From Schmidtea polychroa (lineage: Eukaryota), in assembly GCA_044892525.1 (NCBI GenBank), contig CM097885.1, forward strand, positions 3,226,001 through 3,290,000: a stretch of 64,000 nt of DNA. Direction: 5' to 3'. The stretch's first letter is position 1, and the number at the start of each line of letters is the position of its first letter. A program made the position numbers and the translations under genes. The notes under the pieces are model-generated. The model did not search any database, was not told where the DNA came from, and saw nothing but the letters and a program-made list of their open reading frames with translations. Below are positions 1 through 10,700 of this stretch, in pieces.

Positions 1-479
1 TGAATCGCCAACAGATCCCGCAGCTCGTTGTTTTCCCGGTACTGATCACTGGTTGCTATGGCGGTGTTTGCCATTGGCAACGGGCCATTATATCCAGCCC
101 TCCTCGTATTGGCCGTCTCAGCGTTCAGTTTCTCTCTCAACAACTGAATTTCTTCTCCGTGTTTTTGATTGCTGGCCACCAAATCCTCCCGAGCTTCCTT
201 CAGCAGCTGCTCATACCGCATGAGGCTCTCATCCTTGGCTCGCAACCGTTCCTGGAGCCCCGAAAGAGTGGTTTGAGCAGCCCACATTGTCTTCTCGTCT
301 ACATAATTGCTCTTGTCAGCATTCAGCAATGACGTCACTGCCGCATCAGAAATCTGGCTTATTTGTTGCGGTCTGTCTTCGGATGCTGGCAGTCGCAGCC
401 GTAACTCATTTATATACCTTTCCCTTTTCAATAATGCGCCTTCCAATTCCCGGATCTTATTTTCGTGATCTTTCCCGTG
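1..479 (-). CDS. CEP290: CEP290-like, exon G, running off the window edge (HGKDHENKIRELEGALLKRERYINELRLRLPAS...AQTTLSGLQERLRAKDESLMRYEQLLKEARED...); absent from the supplied ORF track
   Basis: Acceptor atttcAG at 481-480. My manual translation is open from 479 to base 1. Matches recalled SRDKVINELRLRLPAT and AHQTIANMQARLNQKEEVLKKYQRLLEKAREE. Confidence 0.87.
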
Positions 480-662
480 CTGAAATTATAAATAAAATGA
501 TTAAGATAATTTACCGATAAATCGATTTATTGATACTAATCAATTGATACTCATTATTATTATTATTATTATTATTGATGAATAAATAATAAATAATTGA
601 TAAATAAATAATAAATTAATAATTGATAAATTATTGATTAAAAATATTCATTATTGATTAAC
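480..662 (-). other. GT-AG intron, 183 nt, very AT-rich, containing a (TTA)n microsatellite at ~553-574
   Basis: GTTAAT...ttcAG ends; sharp compositional switch from the flanking exons; removal keeps the frame. Confidence 0.85.
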
Positions 663-1031
663 CTTCTTCAGCGCCTTATTTTCGTTCTCCTTGTCAAATA
701 TAACTCGAATGTGCTTTTTGATGGTGGCCATGGCTTGATCCAATTGATTAGGCAGCGGGGCGCTGGGATCTGGCATCGTTCCCAGATATTGTTCCTTTTG
801 TGTTCCTGTTGCTTGTTGGAATGAACTGGCTGCGATGATAACTTCCCCTTGAATATTTTCCAGGTTGACAATGGTGCGCTCCAGCTCATTTTCACGCTGC
901 TCCCATAGCAACTGCTTGTCCTCGTGATCCCTTGTGACCCTGGCAATATCCTCATCGACCTGGGCCAGCTGTGACTCCTGGCACTTGATCACACTCTCCA
1001 GGTGCTCCACCTCGTGCCGCAGCAAATCACA
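663..1031 (-). CDS. CEP290: CEP290-like, exon F (CDLLRHEVEHLE...HEDKQLLWEQRENELER...MPDPSAPLPNQLDQAM...ALKK)
   Basis: Acceptor gatttAG at 1033-1032 and donor AAG|GTTAAT at 662; 369 nt. Matches recalled HEERQMAWDQREVDLER and IPDPSLPLPNQLEIAL. Confidence 0.92.
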
Positions 1032-1088
1032 CTAAATCAATACCGATCGATCAATACCAATTGAATGGATATATCGATTATTTCTCAC
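1032..1088 (-). other. GT-AG intron, 57 nt
   Basis: GTGAGA...tttAG; the acceptor TAG is an in-frame stop if the intron is retained. Confidence 0.87.
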
Positions 1089-1379
1089 CTGGCGTTTCTG
1101 CTTCAAGCTTTCTAATCTCAGCGCTTCCATCTTGTTGCTCCACGACTCCAGCACGCTTTTCTCATTCCGCTTGGTTCCCATGGCCTCTTTCAGTTCCTTC
1201 TCGGTTTCCTTGGCGATATTAGCAGCCTCGAATTCCGTTTCCATGTCGAATTTTGCGCGAAGGGTTAGCTGGAGCTCCTGATCCAGTTTGACCTTGTCCT
1301 CCGTCAGCCGGATCAGCGTGGCGGTGAACCGCTCGTGCCGCGACAGCGGGATGCTGCCTGAGAACTGGCTGCGCAGCGA
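1089..1379 (-). CDS. CEP290: CEP290-like, exon E (SLRSQFSGSIPLSRHERF...WSNKMEALRLESLKQKRQ)
   Basis: Acceptor gttccAG at 1381-1380 and donor CAG|GTGAGA at 1088; 291 nt. Matches recalled SLRRQFSGALPLAQQEKF...WHMKIEELRLQELKLNR. Confidence 0.9.
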
Positions 1380-1436
1380 CTGGAACATGAGAGATAGGTA
1401 ACCATATCGGTAGCCATAGCAACCAATGCAACTAAC
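1380..1436 (-). other. GT-AG intron, 57 nt, in frame and stop-free
   Basis: GTTAGT...ttccAG; removal gives HLRETIN|SLRSQFSG, colinear with recalled HLRQTIQSLRRQFSG. Confidence 0.85.
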
Positions 1437-1772
1437 ATTGATTGTCTCCCTCAAGTGTTTCACTCGGGTCCGCCCGTCCAATCGCGTCTGATACAAATTC
1501 TGATCCTTCTCGTCACAATTCTGCTCCGTCCTCAGCAGCTGGGCCTCCAATCGCTTCTGGACCCGGTGCATATCATCCAGCTTCCTCAATGCTGATGTTT
1601 CTGACATTTGCAATAGGATGATGTGCCGATGCAGCTTGCCTATCAGGCTCTTCTCGTCGCTCTGGCACTGGATGTCTGATAATTGCTGTCGTAATGATGA
1701 CGTTTCCTTGTCCCTTGATAGCTGCTGCTGTTGCAATGCATTTGTCTGCATCGTGGCGATCTCCGCTATTTC
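1437..1772 (-). CDS. CEP290: CEP290-like, exon D (EIAEIATMQTNALQQQQLSRDKETSSLRQQLSDIQCQSDEKSLIGKLHRHII...RLDGRTRVKHLRETIN)
   Basis: Acceptor attgtcAG at 1774-1773 and donor GTTAGT at 1436; 336 nt, phase 0/0. Strong match to recalled QQQSRDKEVESLRMQLLDYQAQSDEKSLIAKLHQH...RLEGRNRAKHLRQTIQ. Confidence 0.92.
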
Positions 1773-3429
1773 CTGACAATCACAATCATCATCATCATTC
1801 ACTGTATCCAATAATCAATCAGCAAATCAATAAATTAATTCATTAACCAATAAAGCAACAAGTCAACCAATAAAGCAACAAATCAACCAATAAAGCAACA
1901 AATCAACCAATAAAGCAACAAATCAACCAATAAAGCAACCAATCAACCAATAAAGCAACCAATCAACCAATAAAGCAACAAATTAACCAATAAAGCAACA
2001 AATCAACCAATAAAGCAACAAATCAATCAATAAAGCAACAAATCAACCAATAAAGCAACCAATAAAGCAACCAATCAATCAATAAAGCAACCAATCAACC
2101 AATAAAGCAACCAATCAACCAATAAAGCAACAAATCAATCAATAAAGCAACAAGTCAACCAATAAAGCAACAAATCAATCAATAAAGCAACCAATAAATC
2201 AATAAAGCAACCAATAAAGCAACCAATAAATCAATAAAGCAACCAATAAATCAATAAAGCAACCAATCAACCAATAAAGCAACAAATCAACCAATAAAGC
2301 AACAAATCAATCAATAAAGCAACCAATCAACCAATAAAGCAACCAATCAACCAATAAAGCAACCAATCAACCAATAAAGCAACAAATCAATCAATAAAGC
2401 AACAAGTCAACCAATAAAGCAACCAATCAACCAATAAAGCAACCAATCAACCAATAAAGCAACAAATCAATCAATAAAGCAACAAGTCAACCAATAAAGC
2501 AACAAATCAACCAATAAAGCAACCAATCAATCAATAAAGCAACCAATCAACCAATAAAGCAACAAATCAATCAATAAAGCAACAAGTCAACCAATAAAGC
2601 AACCAATCAACCAATAAAGCAACCAATAAATCAATAAAGCAACCAATCAACCAATAAAGCAACAAATCAATCAATAAAGCAACCAATCAACCAATAAAGC
2701 AACCAATCAATCAATAAAGCAACCAATCAACCAATAAAGCAACAAATCAATCAATAAAGCAACAAGTCAACCAATAAAGCAACAAATCAATCAATAAAGC
2801 AACAAATCAATCAATAAAGCAACCAATCAACCAATAAAGCAACAAATCAACCAATAAAGCAACCAATAAATCAATAAAGCAACCAATCAACCAATAAAGC
2901 AACAAATCAACCAATAAAGCAACCAATAAATCAATAAAGCAACCAATCAACCAATAAAGCAACAAATCAACCAATAAAGCAACAAATCAATCAATAAAGC
3001 AACCAATAAATCAATAAAGCAACCAATCAACCAATAAAGCAACAAATCAACCAATAAAGCAACAAATCAATCAATAAAGCAACCAATAAATCAATAAAGC
3101 AACCAATCAACCAATAAAGCAACAAATCAACCAATAAAGCAACCAATAAATCAATAAAGCAACCAATCAACCAATAAAGCAACAAATCAATCAATAAAGC
3201 AACCAATCAACCAATAAAGCAACCAATCAATCAATAAAGCAACCAATCAACCAATAAAGCAACAAATCAACCAATAAAGCAACAAATCAATCAATAAAGC
3301 AACAAATCAACCAATAAAGCAACCAATCAACCAATAAAGCAACCAATCAACCAATAAAGCAACCAATAAATCAATAAAGCAACCAATAAATCAATAAAGC
3401 AACCAATCAACCAACAAATCAGCAATCAC
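1773..3429 (-). other. GT-AG intron, 1657 nt, almost entirely minisatellite
   Basis: GTGATT...tgtcAG; removal gives IEKLK|EIAEIA, colinear with recalled VSKLREISDIA. Confidence 0.88.
1845..3420. repeat. 20-bp tandem minisatellite, ~79 copies, consensus (+) CAATAAAGCAAC[A/C]AATCAA[C/T]
   Basis: Visible 20-bp period. Variants include AAGTCAA and CCAATAAATC, with two 11-bp partial units near 2060 and 2212. Copy number is span divided by 20. Confidence 0.97.
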
Positions 3430-3527
3430 CTTCAGCTTCTCGATCTCATGCTTGCCTTGCATCTCCCGTTGCTCCAGCTCCAGAACCCGGCGCCTCTCTG
3501 CATCATTCACCTCCTTGGACACGGAAT
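3430..3527 (-). CDS. CEP290: CEP290-like, exon C (DSVSKEVNDAERRRVLELEQREMQGKHEIEKLK)
   Basis: Acceptor ccactAG at 3529-3528 completes the split codon G|AT (Asp); donor AAG|GTGATT at 3429; 98 nt. Matches recalled DSVSKAVSDADRQRILELEKNEMELKVEVSKLR. Confidence 0.88.
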
Positions 3528-3588
3528 CTAGTGGTAATATCACGGTTATATCTGATTGGGTAATGATAATAATAATAATTCCAATCAC
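3528..3588 (-). other. GT-AG intron, 61 nt, phase 1
   Basis: GTGATT...cactAG; accounts for the frame change between ORFs 3503..3964 and 3391..3588. Confidence 0.87.
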
Positions 3589-3910
3589 CGATCAATTCAT
3601 CCCGCAACTCCCGCTCAACCTTTTGCAGCTCCAAATTGTGATTGGTCAGCTCGTTCAGCTTTTCCTCGAGTTCTTTGTTTCTTTTCTCCGCCTCGTTCCA
3701 GGTATGTTTAATGTTCTCGTACATGCGCACGGCATGATCCGCGCGTTCCTGCTCATTGATCTGCTTCATTTCCAGGGTAGCGATCTGCTTGGCTATCGAT
3801 ACGAGGTGGCTGTCGGTTGCTGCCTTGTTGCCTCTGTCCTTTATCCTCCTGCTCCTGCTGCTGCTGCTCGGTGAGTTGCCGCCGCCTCTGCTCTGCCCCG
3901 ATCCGCACCA
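3589..3910 (-). CDS. CEP290: CEP290-like, exon B (WCGSGQSR...DSHLVSIAKQIATLEMKQINEQERADHAVRMYE...ELTNHNLELQKVERELRDELI)
   Basis: Acceptor aattctcAG at 3912-3911 and donor G|GTGATT at 3588; 322 nt, phase 0/1. Matches recalled CEP290 segment SISKKITMLEMKELNERQRAEH...ELTKINLDAQKVEQMLRDELA. The exact acceptor is less certain because the 5' part is a low-complexity linker. Confidence 0.85.
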
Positions 3911-4012
3911 CTGAGAATTATATCGATTATATCGCTGCGCAATCATCAGCATCGGAAACCGCAAAATTAATCAGCCAATTTCCTGGACCGGCACAAACAT
4001 CAAAAATGTTAC
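3911..4012 (-). other. GT-AG intron, 102 nt
   Basis: GTAACA...tctcAG; contains an in-frame TGA at 3973-3971. Confidence 0.8.
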
Positions 4013-4378
4013 CGTTTCATCGAGTTCCTCCAAGGTTGCTTCTAGCACGTGCCGCCGCTGCTTCTCTGCTTCTAGAATCTTTTTCAATGCTTCGTGGTCC
4101 ATTTTCATCTTGCTGAGCTCACTCTCGATCTGAATTATCGATTCGCCACGCCCAATGAGAATGTTCTGCTTCTCTAGGAAGTTCCTGTACTTCTCCGTCA
4201 CCTCATCGAATCTCGATTGCAGCTTTGTCATGTCCATTCGGGGCACGGACTCGTCCAGCTCTTTCTGGAGGACATTCAGCTTATAATTGGCCGTTTCCTT
4301 GAACCGGCGGTAATAACCCATCCGGTCAGTGACAACGGCCTCGATTTGGATCATTTCATTCTTCAGTTTGTTATTCTC
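4013..4378 (-). CDS. CEP290: CEP290-like, internal exon A (5'-most exon in window; 122 codons, ENNKLKNEMIQIEAVVTDRMGYYRRFKETANYKLNVLQKELDESV...LEELDET)
   Basis: Acceptor gtgctgtAG at 4380-4379 and donor GTAACA at 4012. The 366 nt are stop-free, phase 0/0. The peptide parallels vertebrate CEP290 as I recall it (EAEVCEKIGCLQRFKEMAIFKIAALQKVVDNSV...YNELTAKYRDILQK). Recognised from memory, not by a database search. Confidence 0.88.
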
Positions 4379-4394
4379 CTACAGCACCCGATTT

Positions 4395-4710
4395 CATCAA
4401 TCAATCAATATTTATAATTCCAATAATCAATGAAATGACAATGAAAGAAATAATGAAAAAGATTATAAAAAATTATTTATTAATTGATATTTAAATGAAT
4501 AATTAATAAATAATAATTAAATAATTATCAGAATAAACAATAATAATCAAAAACGGGCAATAATAATAATCAATACCAAGAAATAAATAATCAATAATAA
4601 TGAATGACAATAGATAATGAATCGATAATAATATTCAATAATAATCAATAAAAATAATAATCAATAACAATAATATATAATAATAAATAGTAATCAATAT
4701 AATTTATTAT
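4395..4710. repeat. AT-rich low-complexity tract of degenerate AAT/AATC/AATAATC units
   Basis: Recurrent aataataatcaat-like words between the acceptor and the satellite. Confidence 0.75.
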
Positions 4711-4732
4711 ACGATGTGATCGAAATGTGCGT

Positions 4733-7700
4733 GATAGATATATAGAGTGAGAGAGATAGAGATATAGAGATAGAGAGAGATATAGAGATATAGAGATAGA
4801 GAGAGATATAGAGATATAGAGAGAGATAGCGATATAGAGATAGAGATAGAGATAGAGATAGAGAGATATAGATATAGAGACAGATAGAGTTATAGAGATA
4901 GAGAGATAGAGATATAGAGATAGAAATATAGATATAGAGATAGCGATATAGAGATAGAGATAGCGATATAGAGATATATATAGAGATAGAGAGATATAGA
5001 TAGCGATATAGAGATAGAGAGATATAGATATAGAGACAGATAGAGTTATAGAGATAGAGAGATAGAGATATAGAGATAGAAATATAGATAGAGATATAGA
5101 AATAGAGATATAGAGATATAGAGATAGCGATATAGAGATAGAGATAGCGATATAGAGATATAGATAGAGATAGAGAGGTATAGATATAGAGACAGATAGA
5201 GTTATAGAGATAGAGAGAGAGATATAGAGAGAGATAGAGATATAGAGATATAGAGAGAGATATAGATATAGAGAGAGATATAGAGATAAAGAGAGATATA
5301 GAGATATAGAGAGAAATATAGATAGAGAGATATAGATAGAGAGATATAGAGATAGAGATATAGAGATAGAGATAGGGAGATAGAGATAGGGAGATATAGA
5401 GATAGAGATAGGGAGATAGAGATATAGATATAGAGAGATAGAGATAGGGAGATAGAGATAGGGAGATAGAGATAGGGAGATAGAGATAGGGAGATATGGA
5501 GATAGAGATATAGAGATATAGATAGAGATATAGATATAGAGAGATAGAGATAGGGAGATATAGAGATAGGGAGATATAGAGATAGGGAGATATAGAGATA
5601 GAGATAGGGAGATAGAGATAGAGATATAGAGATAGAGATAGAGAGATATAGATATAGAGACAGATAGAGTTATAGAGATAGAGAGAGAGATATAGAGAGA
5701 GATAGAGATATAGAGAGAGATATAGATATAGAGAGAGATATAGAGATAAAGAGAGATATAGAGATATAGAGAGAAATATAGATAGAGAGATATAGATAGA
5801 GAGATATAGAGATAGAGATATAGAGATAGAGATAGGGAGATATAGAGATAGAGATAGAGATAGGGAGATAGAGATATAGATATAGAGAGATAGAGATAGG
5901 GAGATAGAGATAGGGAGATAGAGATAGGGAGATAGAGATAGGGAGATATAGAGATAGAGATAGAGATAGAGATATAGAGAGATAGAGATAGGGAGATAGA
6001 TATAGAGATATAGAGATAGAGATATAGATATAGAGAGATAGAGATAGGGAGATAGAGATAGGGAGACATAGAGATAGAGATAGGGAGATAGAGATAGGGA
6101 GATAGAGATAGGGAGATATAGAGATAGAGATAGAGATATAGATATAGAGAGATAGAGAAAGGGAGATAGAGATAGGGAGATAGAGATATAGATATAGAGA
6201 GATAGAGATAGAGATATAGATAGAGAGATATAGAGATAGAGATATAGAGATAGAGATAGGGAGATAGAGATAGGGAGATATAGAGATAGAGATAGGGAGA
6301 TAGAGATAGGGAGATAGAGATAGGGAGATAGAGATAGGGAGATAGAGATAGGGAGATATAGAGATAGAGATATAGAGATAGAGATAGATATAGAGATAGA
6401 GATAGAGATATAGATATAGAGAGATAGAGATAGGGAGATAGAGATAGGGAGATAAAGAGATAGGGAGATATAGAGATAGAGATAGGGAGATAGAGATAGA
6501 GATAGAGATAGGGAGATATAGAGATAGAGATATAGAGATAGAGATATAGATATAGAGAGATAGAGATAGGGAGATAGAGATAGGGAGATATAGAGATAGA
6601 GATAGGGATAGAGATAGAGATATAGAGAGATAGAGATAGAGATATAGATATAGAGATAGAGATAGGGAGATATAGAGATAGAGAGAGAGAGATAGGGAGA
6701 TAGAGATATAGATATAGAGAGATAGAGATAGGGAGATATAGAGATAGAGATAGAGATATAGAGATAGAGATAGAGATATAGAGATAGAGATAGAGATAGA
6801 GATAGAGATATAGAGAGATAGAGATAGGGAGATATAGAGATAGAGATAGAGATAGGGAGATAGAGATATAGATATAGAGAGATAGAGATAGGGAGATATA
6901 GAGATAGAGATAGAGATATAGAGATAGAGATATAGAGATAGAGATATAGATATAGAGAGAGAGATATAGAGATAGAGATATAGAGAGAGAGAGAGAGATA
7001 GGGAGATAGAGATAGGGAGATATAGAGATAGGGAGATATAGAGATAGGGAGATATAGAGATAGGGAGATATAGAGATAGGGAGATATAGAGATAGGGAGA
7101 TATAGAGATAGGGAGATATAGAGATAGAGATAGGGAGATAGAGATAGGGAGATATAGAGATAGAGATAGGGAGATAGAGATAGGTAGATAGAGATAGGGA
7201 GATATAGAGATAGGGAGATATAGAGATAGGGAGATATAGAGATAGGGAGATATAGAGATAGAGATAGGGAGATAGAGATATAGATATAGAGAGATAGAGA
7301 TAGGGAGATAGAGATAGGGAGATAGAGATAGGGAGATAGAGATAGGGAGATAGAGATAGGGAGATATAGAGATAGAGATATAGAGATAGGGAGATAGAGA
7401 TAGGGAGATATAGAGATAGAGATGGGGAGATAGAGATATAGATATAGAGAGATAGAGATAGGGAGATAGAGATAGGGAGAAAGAGATAGAGATATAGAGA
7501 TAGGGAGATATAGAGATAGGGAGATATAGAGATAGGGAGATATAGAGATAGGGAGATAGAGATAGAGATATAGATATAGAGAGATAGGGAGATATAGAGA
7601 TAGGGAGATATAGAGATAGAGATAGGGAGATAGAGATATAGATATAGAGAGATAGAGATAGGGAGATAGAGATAGGGAGATAGAGATAGGGAGATATAGA

Positions 7701-10700
7701 GATAGGGAGATATAGAGATAGGGAGATATAGAGATAGGGAGATATAGAGATAGGGAGATATAGAGATAGAGATAGGGAGATAGAGATAGGGAGATATAGA
7801 GATAGAGATAGGGAGATAGAGATAGGTAGATAGAGATAGGGAGATATAGAGATAGGGAGATATAGAGATAGGGAGATAGAGATAGGGAGATATAGAGATA
7901 GAGATGGGGAGATAGAGATATAGATATAGAGAGATAGAGATAGGGAGATAGAGATAGGGAGAAAGAGATAGAGATATAGAGATAGGGAGATATAGAGATA
8001 GGGAGATATAGAGATAGGGAGATATAGAGATAGGGAGATAGAGATAGAGATATAGATATAGAGAGATAGGGAGATATAGAGATAGGGAGATATAGAGATA
8101 GAGATAGGGAGATAGAGATATAGATATAGAGAGATAGAGATAGGGAGATAGAGATAGGGAGATAGAGATAGGGAGATATAGAGATAGGGAGATATAGAGA
8201 TAGGGAGATATAGAGATAGGGAGATATAGAGATAGGGAGATATAGAGATAGAGATAGGGAGATAGAGATAGGGAGATATAGAGATAGAGATAGGGAGATA
8301 GAGATAGGTAGATAGAGATAGGGAGATATAGAGATAGGGAGATATAGAGATAGGGAGATATAGAGATAGGGAGATATAGAGATAGAGATAGGGAGATAGA
8401 GATATAGATATAGAGAGATAGAGATAGGGAGATAGAGATAGGGAGATAGAGATAGGGAGATAGAGATAGGGAGATAGAGATAGGGAGATATAGAGATAGA
8501 GATATAGAGATAGGGAGATAGAGATAGGGAGATATAGAGATAGAGATGGGGAGATAGAGATATAGATATAGAGAGATAGAGATAGGGAGATAGAGATAGG
8601 GAGAAAGAGATAGAGATATAGAGATAGGGAGATATAGAGATAGGGAGATATAGAGATAGGGAGATATAGAGATAGGGAGATAGAGATAGAGATATAGATA
8701 TAGAGAGATAGGGAGATATAGAGATAGGGAGATATAGAGATAGAGATAGGGAGATAGAGATATAGATATAGAGAGATAGAGATAGGGAGATAGAGATAGG
8801 GAGATAGAGATAGGGAGATATAGAGATAGGGAGATATAGAGATAGGGAGATATAGAGATAGGGAGATATAGAGATAGGGAGATATAGAGATAGGGAGATA
8901 TAGAGATAGAGATAGGGAGATATAGAGATAGAGATATAGATATAGATATAGAGAGATAGAGATATAGATATAGAGAGATAGAGATAGGGAGATAGAGATA
9001 GGGAGATAGAGATAGGGAGATAGAGATAGGGAGATAGAGATAGAGATATAGAGATAGGGAGATATAGAGATAGGGAGATATAGAGATAGGGAGATATAGA
9101 GATAAGGAGATATAGAGATAGGGAGATATAAAGATAGGGAGATATAGAGATAGAGATATAGATATAGAGATAGGGAGATATAGAGATAGGGAGATATAGA
9201 GATAGGGAGATATAGAGAGAGATAGAGATATAGATATAGAGAGATAGGGAGATAGAGATAGGGAGATAGAGATATAGAGAGATAGAGATAGGGAGATAGA
9301 GATAGGGAGATATAGATATAGGGAGATATAGAGATAGGGAGATATAGAGATAGGGAGATATAGAAATAGGGAGATATAGAGATAGGGAGATATAGAGATA
9401 GGGAGATATAGAGATAGGGAGATATAGAGATAGGGAGATATAGAGATAGGAAGATAGAGATAGAGATATAGATATAGAGAGATAGGGAGATAGAGATAGG
9501 GAGATAGAGATAGGGAGATATAGAGATAGGGAGATATAGAGATAGGGAGATAGAGATAGAGATATAGATATAGAGATAGGGAGATATAGAGATAGGGAGA
9601 TATAGAGATAGGGAGATATAGAGATAGAGATATAGATATAGAGATAGGGAGATATAGAGATAGAGATATAGAGAGATAGAGATAGGGAGATAGAGATAGG
9701 GAGATATAGAGATAGGGAGATATAGTGATAGGGAGATATAGAGATAGGGAGATATAGAGATAGGGAGATATAAAGATAGGGAGATATAGAGATAGAGATA
9801 TAGATATAGGGATAGGGAGATATAGAGATAGGGAGATAGAGATAGGGAGATATAGAGATAGAGATAGGGAGATAGAGATATAGATATAGAGAGATAGAGA
9901 TAGGGAGATAGAGATAGGGAGATATAGAGATAGAGATAGAGATATAGATATAGAGAGATAGAGATAGGGAGATAGAGATATAGAGATAGGGAGATAGAGA
10001 TATAGATATAGAGAGATAGAGATATAGAGATAGAGATAGGGAGATATAGAGATAGAGATAGAGATAGAGATATAGATATAGAGAGATAGAGATAGGGAGA
10101 TAGAGATAGGGAGATAGAGATATAGATATAGAGAGATAGAGATAGAGATATAGATAGAGAGATATAGAGATAGAGATATAGAGATAGAGATAGGGAGATA
10201 GAGATAGGGAGATATAGAGATAGAGATAGGGAGATAGAGATATAGATATAGAGAGATAGAGATAGGGAGATAGAGATAGGGAGATAGAGATAGGGAGATA
10301 GAGATAGGGAGATAGAGATAGGGAGATATAGAGATAGAGATATAGAGATAGAGATAGATATAGAGATAGAGATAGAGATATAGATAAAGAGAGATAGAGA
10401 TAGGGAGATAGAGATAGGGAGATATAGAGATAGGGAGATATAGAGATATAGGGAGATAGAGATAGAGATATAGAGATAGAGATAGGGAGATATAGAGATA
10501 GAGATATAGAGAGATAGAGATAGAGATATAGATATAGAGATAGAGATAGGGAGATATAGAGATAGAGAGAGATAGGGAGATAGAGATATAGATATAGAGA
10601 GATAGAGATAGGGAGATATAGAGATAGAGATAGAGATATAGAGATAGAGATATAGAGATAGGGAGATAGAGATATAGATATAGGGAGATAGAGAGGGAGA

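Noticed and set aside
400..425. Possible donor or frameshift at AGGTATATAAATGA in exon G
   Set aside because: Careful translation reads through in frame (KRERYINELRLRLP) and matches the expected motif.
783..806. Possible micro-intron for the extra TQKEQYLG residues in exon F
   Set aside because: No GT-AG boundaries; simply an in-frame insertion.
1845..3420. CRISPR-like regular repeats
   Set aside because: Head-to-tail 20-mers with no unique spacers, no cas genes, and located in a spliceosomal intron.
1845..3420. Cluster of CCAAT boxes (AACCAATCA) as a promoter
   Set aside because: A by-product of the repeat unit, with no independent evidence of a transcription start.
1..4378. Pseudogene interpretation of the fragmented ORFs
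   Set aside because: Every break is explained by a phase-compatible GT-AG intron, and the exons contain no stops or frameshifts.
287..4417. Plus-strand ORFs (287..520, 3452..3874, 3817..4116, 4217..4417) and alternative-frame minus ORFs (668..955, 1219..1431, 1573..1779)
   Set aside because: Short shadows of the CEP290-like exons with no recognisable product.
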